DNA of 32,000 bases from contig NC_010296.1 in NCBI RefSeq assembly GCF_000010625.1, positions 4,980,001 to 5,012,000 of the forward strand, written 5' to 3'. Position numbers and translations under genes: made by a program. The first letter of the stretch is position 1. The number at the start of each line of letters is the position of its first letter. This DNA comes from Microcystis aeruginosa NIES-843. GTDB lineage: Bacteria; Cyanobacteriota; Cyanobacteriia; Cyanobacteriales; Microcystaceae. The notes beneath the pieces are model-generated. The model searched no databases, was not told the DNA's origin, and was given only the letters and a program-made list of their open reading frames with translations. Positions 9,200 to 15,355 of the stretch are shown piece by piece.

Positions 9200-9436
9200 A
9201 AGTTGCCTAAAGATTAATCAAGTCAAGGAGAATTTATTCTCAATTTTTATAATTGAGATAGTTTGTGCCGCTTAAATAAAGAGGTTTTGATAACCAAATT
9301 AAAGCAGCTCTAAAGAGTTTTGAGTTAAAAGTTAAACTTCAAGTTTTCATTCAGGACAAATGTACTGATTAACTAATTTTTTGGGGAAAATTAGTTAACC
9401 CATCATTATAACATATAATTAATTTGCAAGAGTTCT

Positions 9437-10100
9437 ACTCTTTTTCTAACTCTGTTAATTTTCTATTTTTCGATTTCTTTTTCGGTGTATAACTATTACT
9501 ATGGTATGCAGCTATTCCCTGATAACCACTGTCTTCTATGCTGGTAGTTAAAGGATGAAAACGAACTCGACTTTTTTTAAATAAACTAAAATCATGACCT
9601 CTACCTTTCCCACAGAAGACACAGATAATTTCCTCTGTATTTTGATCAGCTACTAATTGGGATTTTAAAGTATGATAACCTCTTTTACCCGAAAAAAAAT
9701 CTTTCTGTTTCTTTTGGGGGCGTTCAATGGGAGTTTCCGTTACATCCATTACCGTTATGACCGGTATCTCTGCTTGATTGAGTAAAGCTTTTTTTCCTTT
9801 TAAACGGAAGTTTCCCGATTGTAAAAGCATTTTTTCCGTCTTATTTACAATCCGACATATAGTTGATTCTGATAGTTCCCAGCTTGTACCAATGTGAAAA
9901 TATGTTCTATATTCTCGCCAATATTCTAACGTTACTAAAACTTGTTCTTCTATAGATAGTTTAGGTTTCGGTCCCCTTTTAGATGGTGAATTAGAGTCGG
10001 CTTCAACACTTTTTACTGATTCTACCATCTTTCTATATGTTTGTTTGTACACACCGAAACGGCGTTTGAATTGTTCATCTGATAAGTTTTGATAATCCAT
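9437..10100 (-). pseudogene. N-terminal fragment of the outer-copy transposase
   Basis: The sequence MDYQNLSDEQFKRRFG... through ...KLTELEKE is cut at the inner-copy insertion. The track ORF is 9435..10154. Confidence 0.8.
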
Positions 10101-10356
10101 AATTTTGCTAATAAACATAGCAAAATTATAGATGATTTCCTGACCTAAGATCACATTTTATTCTTTTTTCCACTTCAATCTAAGAATTGAGAAAAAAGCA
10201 AAACCTTATATTATACCATAAAAAAATTATGCAAGAGGTCTATTATAACCAGCTACTTAAGCAAGCCAACCAACGAATTGAGCAGAATGAAAAAGCTATA
10301 GTCGCTTTGATCGCATTTCTGTTATCTTCTTCTTACCCTCATTAAAATAAGTAGCC

Positions 10357-10782
10357 ATGGGTAAGTTTTTACTAACCGTATTAAGCATAGCAAGTTTGTT
10401 TGCTGTCGGGATGGCTACCCCTAGCATTGCCAGTCCCACATCTGCAGCGACAAACTTGCAACTAGCTCAACGTCCTAACTGTAACAATCCCCAGACTCAA
10501 AGCCAAATGAACATTTGCGCCAGCATCGCTTATCAAAACGCCGATCGCAAGTTAAATCAAGTTTATCGACAACTACTGCCAAAACTGTCAGCTGCTCGCA
10601 AACAAAAATTAATTACCGCCCAACAAGCTTGGATTAAGTTTAGAGACAGCAGTTGCGAATTTGAAAGAAGCGCCTATGAGGGAGGCTCTATAGCTCCCAT
10701 GATTTACGGTAATTGTTTGGCAGCTGTCACCGAGCAGCGTACCAAAGATTTGCGGAGATATTTAGAAGATAGCGATCTCTAA
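10357..10782 (+). CDS. secreted DUF1311/LprI-family (lysozyme-inhibitor-like) protein
   Basis: 141 aa with a signal peptide. The pattern C..PQTQSQMNIC...ADRKLNQVY...QQAWIKFRDSSC...GGS...C...R matches DUF1311. Confidence 0.8.
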   Translation: MGKFLLTVLSIASLFAVGMATPSIASPTSAATNLQLAQRPNCNNPQTQSQMNICASIAYQNADRKLNQVYRQLLPKLSAARKQKLITAQQAWIKFRDSSCEFERSAYEGGSIAPMIYGNCLAAVTEQRTKDLRRYLEDSDL

Positions 10783-10841
10783 GTCAGAATCGCCGTTGAT
10801 ATTACCGATAATTCCTTAGACGTTTACTGCACAACAGCCTA

Positions 10842-10912
10842 AGCGGGTGAGGGGAATCGAACCCCTATCATTAGCTTGGAAGGCTAGGGTTTTACCACTA
10901 AACTACACCCGC
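10842..10912 (-). tRNA. tRNA-Gly (anticodon UCC)
   Basis: The cloverleaf was read by eye on the minus strand. Acceptor stem is GCGGGTG/CACCCGC, D arm GTTT-AGTGGTA-AAAC, anticodon loop CTTCCAA, and T arm AGGGG-TTCGATT-CCCCT. CCA is not encoded. Confidence 0.9.
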
Positions 10913-10997
10913 ATTTTCTTAGCACTTTCGTTAGTATAACACGAATTGCCGATTTTTGCAAGTAGGGATTTTCAGCTTGTGAATCGCCCCTAGATGG

Positions 10998-11735
10998 TCA
11001 TAGATTGCCTAAAAATCCCGATCGCTCGGTTATTTCCCCGATTTGGCTAAAAGTTTTCTCCACGCGATCGAGGTCTAGTTGGGAGAAATTATCGATCGCC
11101 CAGTTGGACACTCTCTGCATAAAATGGAAGGGATAGGTATGAGCGATTCCCACCACCTGCATTCCCGCTCTTTTTGCCGCTTCGCAACCGGCAAAAGTAT
11201 CTTCAATCACCAGACATTCCCAGGGTTGCAACTGTAGATTAAAATTCCAACGATTGAATCTTTCTACGGCCAGTAAATAACCATCCGGTTGAGGTTTACT
11301 GGTGCTAATCTCATCACCGGTGACAATGACACTAAAGTAATCCCCAAGGCCCGTCTGTTGCAAGATCGATTCTACTTCCGAGCGTATTGCTCCCGTCACC
11401 AAACCGATTTGTAGATCCCTGGCCTTAACCCGTTTTAAAAAAGAGTATATCTCTTCATAAATAGGAAGTTTCTCTAATTTTCCTAATCTTTCTCGGTATA
11501 AACTCGCTTTTTTGTTAATTAACTTGGTCAGATACTCCTCGGTTACTTGACGACCGCGACGGGTGAGAACATTACGCAAACAGACGCGATCGCTTCTTCC
11601 CAGACATAACTCCGCAAATTCCGACCCTAGGTGCAGTAAATTTTCTCCGAGCAAGATTTCATTGATTAACTCTTGATGGATCGGTTCATCATTGATGATC
11701 ACCCCATTAAAATCGAACAGAACAGCCTTTAACAT
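10998..11735 (-). CDS. HAD-superfamily hydrolase (beta-phosphoglucomutase/CbbY-like subfamily IA)
   Basis: Motif I is the variant VLFDFNGVI. Also present are GLVTGA, a K, and a late EDTFAGCEAAKRAGM motif. ATG 11735 is preferred over the track's TTG 11738. Confidence 0.8.
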   Translation of the reverse strand: MLKAVLFDFNGVIINDEPIHQELINEILLGENLLHLGSEFAELCLGRSDRVCLRNVLTRRGRQVTEEYLTKLINKKASLYRERLGKLEKLPIYEEIYSFLKRVKARDLQIGLVTGAIRSEVESILQQTGLGDYFSVIVTGDEISTSKPQPDGYLLAVERFNRWNFNLQLQPWECLVIEDTFAGCEAAKRAGMQVVGIAHTYPFHFMQRVSNWAIDNFSQLDLDRVEKTFSQIGEITERSGFLGNL

Positions 11736-11847
11736 CAATCTTAGACAGAAAAGCTAATAAATACTCACTGTTCTTGATTATACTAAAGTTTTTCGTTGGG
11801 GCCAGGTGTGGGTAAGCTAAGACCCATTTTCCCCCAATCCCCAACTC

Positions 11848-11942
11848 CCCACCCCCCCGACATCGGGGGGGTCGGGGGGGTGGGTAGGGTTGATTCATGA
11901 ATCAACCCTACCTTGAATCAACCCTACTATGAATCAACCCTA
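11848..11942. repeat. G/C-run hairpin plus palindrome block (TAGGGTTGATTCA|TGAATCAACCCTA with extra GAATCAACCCTA half-sites)
   Basis: CCCACCCCCCCGA (11848-11860) pairs perfectly with TCGGGGGGGTGGG (11872-11884). A 26-bp perfect palindrome at 11885-11910 is followed by two more half-sites. A related block lies at 13828-13869. Confidence 0.85.
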
Positions 11943-12001
11943 GGGGCAGGGGGGGGGAGATTCGGCTAATCTAAGAATAAGCGGTTTAAATGCGTCTTAG
12001 C

Positions 12002-13681
12002 TTACAAGCTAGAAGAACAGCAAGTTTTCCATTTTTGGGCGATAGAAAGGATTAATGCTTTTTCTGCTAGGGGTAAATTGGCAGCCTGTCGGTCGATTAT
12101 ATCCCTTAATTCCCCGATAATCCGATCTCTAGTCCCTCGGGAGTCACTTCTCTGGACTAAAGCCATTTCTGTGATAACTCGATTTAAACTGCTGATAGCT
12201 TGCCAAGTTTGCGGACGTAATGACGGTTCTGCGGCAATGGGGGCAACTTTCAGGGAAGCGATACTATCGAGAGTTGCAGCCTGACTAAATCGGTGTAAAG
12301 TTTGGGCGAGGCTATACATTTCTTCCCCGTAGGCGAGGGAACGTACCACAGCAAAGGCTTTTTCGGCTTTTTCGGTGTCCCGTTGGCGAAGATCCCAAAA
12401 ACCAGCGGCGGCGGCGCGAGCAGGAGTGTCTAGACGGATTTGGCTGTCACGAAGAGAAAACGGTTTCGCCGACGCATATTTTAACAATTGCCAATCGGAG
12501 GGATTTTCTGCCAGACGGGAGACGCGATAGATAATTTCTGCCTCTGGGAATTGCGGTAAAACGCGATTAACGGCGGCAAGGACAGGAATAAACTGGCGGC
12601 TGTACCGAAGGTATTGATTGAGGTTATTAATAGCTGTTTCCCAGTCTTGCTGTAACCATTGTTGTAGAGTCGAGGTTAACCCCGGCAGCGGTAGAAGGGT
12701 AATACGGGGAAAAAGTCGCCCTTGGGGGCCTGCCAAAAGCCCGATTAGCCAATTATCAAGACGGAAAAAGGCGAATATAAACACCACGCCCAACACCCCG
12801 CCCGACACCCCGCCCCACACCACGCCCGACACCACGCCCAACACCACGCCCCGCACCCCGCCCGACATCACGCCCAACACCACGCCCCACATCACGCCCG
12901 ACATCACGCCCCACATCACGCCCGACATCACGCCCGACATCACGCCCGACATCACGCCCCACACCCCGCCCCACACACCGCTCCACACACCGCCCAACAC
13001 CACGATCAACACCCCGCCCAACACCACGCCCGACATCACGCCCAACACCCCGCCCGACACCACGCCCCACACACCGCCCCACACACCGCCCAACACCACG
13101 ATCAACACCACGATCAACACCCCGCCCAACACCACGCCCGACATCACGCCCAACACCCCGCCCCACACCACGCCCCACACACCGCCCCACACACCGCCCG
13201 ACACCACGATCAACACCCCGCCCAACACCACGCCCCACACCCCGCCCAACACCCCGCCCGACATCACGCCCAACACCACGCCCAACACCACGCCCAACAC
13301 CACGCCCAACGCCACGCCCAACGCCACGCCCGACACCACGCCCAACGCCACGCCCGACACCACGCCCAACGCCACGCCCCACACCACGCCCGACGCCACG
13401 CCCGACAGCACGCCCACCCAATTAACAGAAAGTCCTAAATTTGCTGCTATGCTACAGATAATCAGAGGGGTAATTACAGTTAAGAGAAGACCCTGAATCC
13501 TTAGACGCAATTGTACGGGATGGTTATCGCCGCCGCCTCTCGTTTCCACATACCAGCGCACTGCTTGGGGAAAATAAAACACCCAGTACAACAGCAAAAG
13601 ATAATCAAAAGGATTCCATAAAGATAAATTGCGTCTGAGTTTAGGGGCGAGATTAATGGTGGGGACGGTGCTTTCCTTCAT
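12002..13681 (-). CDS. membrane protein with a ~215-residue minisatellite-encoded GxxxG (glycine-zipper-like) array; family unknown
   Basis: A single 559-codon ORF runs from ATG 13681 to TAA 12002. It has a non-repetitive hydrophobic N-terminus, ~54 tetrapeptide units (GVVL/GVMS/GGVW/IVVL...), and a ~250-aa non-repetitive C-terminal domain that stays in frame. Confidence 0.7.
   Translation of the reverse strand: MKESTVPTINLAPKLRRNLSLWNPFDYLLLLYWVFYFPQAVRWYVETRGGGDNHPVQLRLRIQGLLLTVITPLIICSIAANLGLSVNWVGVLSGVASGVVWGVALGVVSGVALGVVSGVALGVALGVVLGVVLGVVLGVMSGGVLGGVWGVVLGGVLIVVSGGVWGGVWGVVWGGVLGVMSGVVLGGVLIVVLIVVLGGVWGGVWGVVSGGVLGVMSGVVLGGVLIVVLGGVWSGVWGGVWGVMSGVMSGVMSGVMWGVMSGVMWGVVLGVMSGGVRGVVLGVVSGVVWGGVSGGVLGVVFIFAFFRLDNWLIGLLAGPQGRLFPRITLLPLPGLTSTLQQWLQQDWETAINNLNQYLRYSRQFIPVLAAVNRVLPQFPEAEIIYRVSRLAENPSDWQLLKYASAKPFSLRDSQIRLDTPARAAAAGFWDLRQRDTEKAEKAFAVVRSLAYGEEMYSLAQTLHRFSQAATLDSIASLKVAPIAAEPSLRPQTWQAISSLNRVITEMALVQRSDSRGTRDRIIGELRDIIDRQAANLPLAEKALILSIAQKWKTCCSSSL
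12781..13426 (-). repeat. 12-nt periodic minisatellite, about 54 units (plus strand NACAYCMCGCCC)
   Basis: The periodicity is direct and strict. All six frames are open across it, which explains the overlapping track ORFs 12618..13496(+) and 12756..13421(-). Confidence 0.95.
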
Positions 13682-13745
13682 AATTTCTATCTCTAGCTAT
13701 TTACCCGGTGATGGTTTATTAAGTAGGTAGGTGTTAACTGTCAAA

Positions 13746-13821
13746 CACCCCCCTTATCAAGGGGGGATTAAGGGGGGATCAAACCCCCCTTATCAAGGGG
13801 GGCAGGGGGGATCAAACCCCC
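13746..13821. repeat. second locus of the G6/C6 palindromic repeat family
   Basis: CACCCCCCTTATCAAGGGGGG..GGGGGGATC occurs twice. The leader TTAAGTAGGTAGGTGTTAA (13720s) matches TTAAGCAGGTAGGCGTTAA at 5890-5908. Confidence 0.85.
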
Positions 13822-13827
13822 TCAAGG

Positions 13828-13869
13828 TAGGGTTGATTCATGAATCAACCCTACTATGAATCAACCCTA
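13828..13869. repeat. palindrome block, same orientation as 11885-11942
   Basis: TAGGGTTGATTCATGAATCAACCCTA plus CTATGAATCAACCCTA. It lacks one 16-bp half-site unit that is present in the left block. Confidence 0.85.
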
Positions 13870-13932
13870 GGGGGCAAGGGGATCAAAGACAAAATCTATC
13901 TTCTATTTAATCAGAACCACTTAATTATCGGA

Positions 13933-14078
13933 ACTAAAAAAGGCTTATATATATTTAGGCACGGATTCCCATTATAATAAAAAGTATAGGTCAAATCGAG
14001 GGATTTTGTCAAGTCTTTTTTAGCATTAATCTATATAATTGTCGGGTTGCTTACCAGTCATTGTCCTGAAAAAAATTA
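13933..14078 (+). repeat. direct repeat copy 1 (~146 bp)
   Basis: About 94% identical by eye to 14942-15086 (8 mismatches and 1 indel). Confidence 0.9.
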
Positions 14079-14220
14079 GGTTCTTCTATTTGTGTTATCC
14101 AATGGAGGGGGTTATAAGGAATGAAACCCCGATAGAGACAGACATTACTGCGATTTTTGTCAATTGTTTTCGCTCTAGAACGAACTAATCAATTAAGTCT
14201 CTTGCCAGATCAGGATTTAG

Positions 14221-14472
14221 TCAATTTATGCCCCTATATCGAACCATACCAAGTAACGAAGAACCTTCTTTTTCCTCTTCTTGAATCGCCGATTTCGGGA
14301 CAATGACGACGTTAACCGATTCTTCTACTTCGTTGAATAGTTCTAAAACATATCCTTCCTCACCCCCCTTCGGATGGGCAACTATATCGACAAGAATCGC
14401 CGAATCACCCTGCTTAAGATTGTATTCGGGAACGTCGCGGGCTAGGGTCACTTCTTCGTATAGTTGCGCCAT
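14221..14472 (-). CDS. DUF4926 domain protein (antitoxin-like partner)
   Basis: 83 aa. LYEEVTLARDVPEYNLKQGDSAILVDIV...GYVLELFN...VVIVPKSAI matches the DUF4926 pattern. It starts 3 nt after the DUF6883 stop. Confidence 0.75.
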   Translation of the reverse strand: MAQLYEEVTLARDVPEYNLKQGDSAILVDIVAHPKGGEEGYVLELFNEVEESVNVVIVPKSAIQEEEKEGSSLLGMVRYRGIN

Positions 14473-14475
14473 GGT

Positions 14476-14805
14476 TTATTTTTCCTTTCGAGGTTTGAGG
14501 GTGATAAATTGAAATTGATGATCTAGATTTCGTTTTAGCCAAATCGTGACAACGGATAGGGGAACTTGATTACTGCTGATTAATTCCCCCTCGACTCGAT
14601 AGAAGGTTCCGTATTCGTTGGTAAGATCTTCGATGGCGGGATTGGTTTGAATTAGTTGGATGAGGGCGGTTTTTAGTGCATCGGGATTAGCGAGGGTAAA
14701 GCCAGCGCGGGCGAGGTATTTTGATTTGTCATCTTTGGGGCGAAATTTGAGGAGATATTTAGTTATTTTATCATCGGGAATTAGGGAGTCGCTAGGCAGG
14801 TACAT
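14476..14805 (-). CDS. DUF6883 domain protein
   Basis: 109 aa. IPDDKITKYLL...KSKYLARAGFTLANPDALKTAL...YGTFYRVEGEL...VVTIWL matches the DUF6883 pattern. This family commonly pairs with DUF4926. Confidence 0.7.
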   Translation of the reverse strand: MYLPSDSLIPDDKITKYLLKFRPKDDKSKYLARAGFTLANPDALKTALIQLIQTNPAIEDLTNEYGTFYRVEGELISSNQVPLSVVTIWLKRNLDHQFQFITLKPRKEK

Positions 14806-14941
14806 CGGATCGAGAGAATTTTGTTTGATTTTACCTTGAATTGAAGTTTTAATATCGATTAACTGATCAAGTGTATTAATTGATATTGTTTCAAGTTTTT
14901 TTTGGGGTTGTAATTGCAGAAAGTTTTTTGAAATAGTCCGG

Positions 14942-15086
14942 ACTAAAAAGGCTTATATATATTTCGGCACGGATTACCATTATACTAGAAAGTATAGGTC
15001 AAATCGAGGGATTTTGTCAAGTCTTTTTTGCCATTAATCTATATAATTGTCGGGTTGCTTACCGGTCATTGTCCTGAAAAAAATTA
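14942..15086 (+). repeat. direct repeat copy 2 (~145 bp)
   Basis: See 13933-14078. This copy abuts the ATG (15086) of the YciI-like remnant, so the repeat unit is that gene's upstream region. Confidence 0.9.
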
Positions 15087-15351
15087 TGCCCTGGTTTGTC
15101 AAACAAGCATATATGCAGCGTTTAATCAAGTCAGTCCCGATGAAAAAATTTTCACCCCCACAGATGAAAGAGGTTTCTTTCCCTACACCCCACACCCCAC
15201 ACCCTCTTTCAAGTCAGGACGGGAGACAAAAACGAGTTATTGGCTAGAAAGAGGCGATGGGATGTTATTATTTAAAACCGATTCCCTGGAAGCAGCCGAA
15301 TCGATCATCGGGCAGCATCCCCTGGCGAATAGTAGTGGAATAGGCTATTAA
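15086..15351 (+). pseudogene. YciI-like protein gene, apparently frameshifted and C-terminally short
   Basis: ATG 15086 gives MPWFVK..., an N-terminus I associate with cyanobacterial YciI-like proteins, and that frame stops at 15247. The conserved-looking C-part SYWLERGDGMLLFKTDSLEAAESIIGQHPL lies in another frame, that of track ORF 15028..15351. Confidence 0.4.
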
Positions 15352-15355
15352 AGGA

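Larger units (their letters stand above)
8130..9436 (+). mobile_element. inner copy of the same IS5-superfamily IS, inserted into the outer copy's transposase gene
   Basis: Ends are AGACCTCTTGCA ... GCAAGAGTTCT. A 3-bp duplication ACT lies at 8127-8129 and 9437-9439. Length is 1307 bp, which equals 1218 bp plus the 87-bp MITE plus a 2-bp duplication. Confidence 0.85.
7714..10241 (-). mobile_element. outer copy of a 1218-bp IS5-superfamily (DDE_Tnp_4/Harbinger-like) IS, split by a nested copy
   Basis: Ends are AGAACTCTTGCA (7714) and TGCAAGAGGTCT (10241). A 3-bp direct duplication ATT lies at 7711-7713 and 10242-10244. The two halves (7714-8129 and 9440-10241) sum to 1218 bp. Confidence 0.85.

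Noticed and set aside
11707-11898. 63-aa minus-strand ORF (PPPRPPRCRGGGE...)
   Set aside because: It is read through the G/C-run hairpin and palindrome block and overlaps the HAD gene start, so it is a low-complexity artefact.
11986-12002. TTTAAATGCGTCTTAGCT resembles the right end of the 87-bp MITE and abuts the stop codon of the 559-aa gene
   Set aside because: Only ~18 bp match and no left terminus or body is present. This is too short to call a MITE copy or to claim that it truncated the gene.
12618-13496. Track ORFs 12618..13496(+) (292 aa, TPNTTP-rich) and 12756..13421(-) (221 aa, GRGV-rich) overlapping the 559-aa gene
   Set aside because: Both lie almost entirely within the 12-nt minisatellite, where all six frames are open by construction. 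Only the 559-aa frame extends through long non-repetitive flanks on both sides.
13906-13930. AGAACCACTTAATTAT resembles the IS5-type terminus AGAACTCTTGCAAATTAATTAT at 7714
   Set aside because: The match is short and gapped, and coincidence in AT-rich sequence is the more likely explanation.
15028-15085. TTG-initiated N-terminus (MPLIYIIVGLLTGHCPEKNY) of track ORF 15028..15351
   Set aside because: This stretch lies inside direct-repeat copy 2. The equivalent stretch in copy 1 is non-coding, so it is unlikely to be genuine coding sequence.
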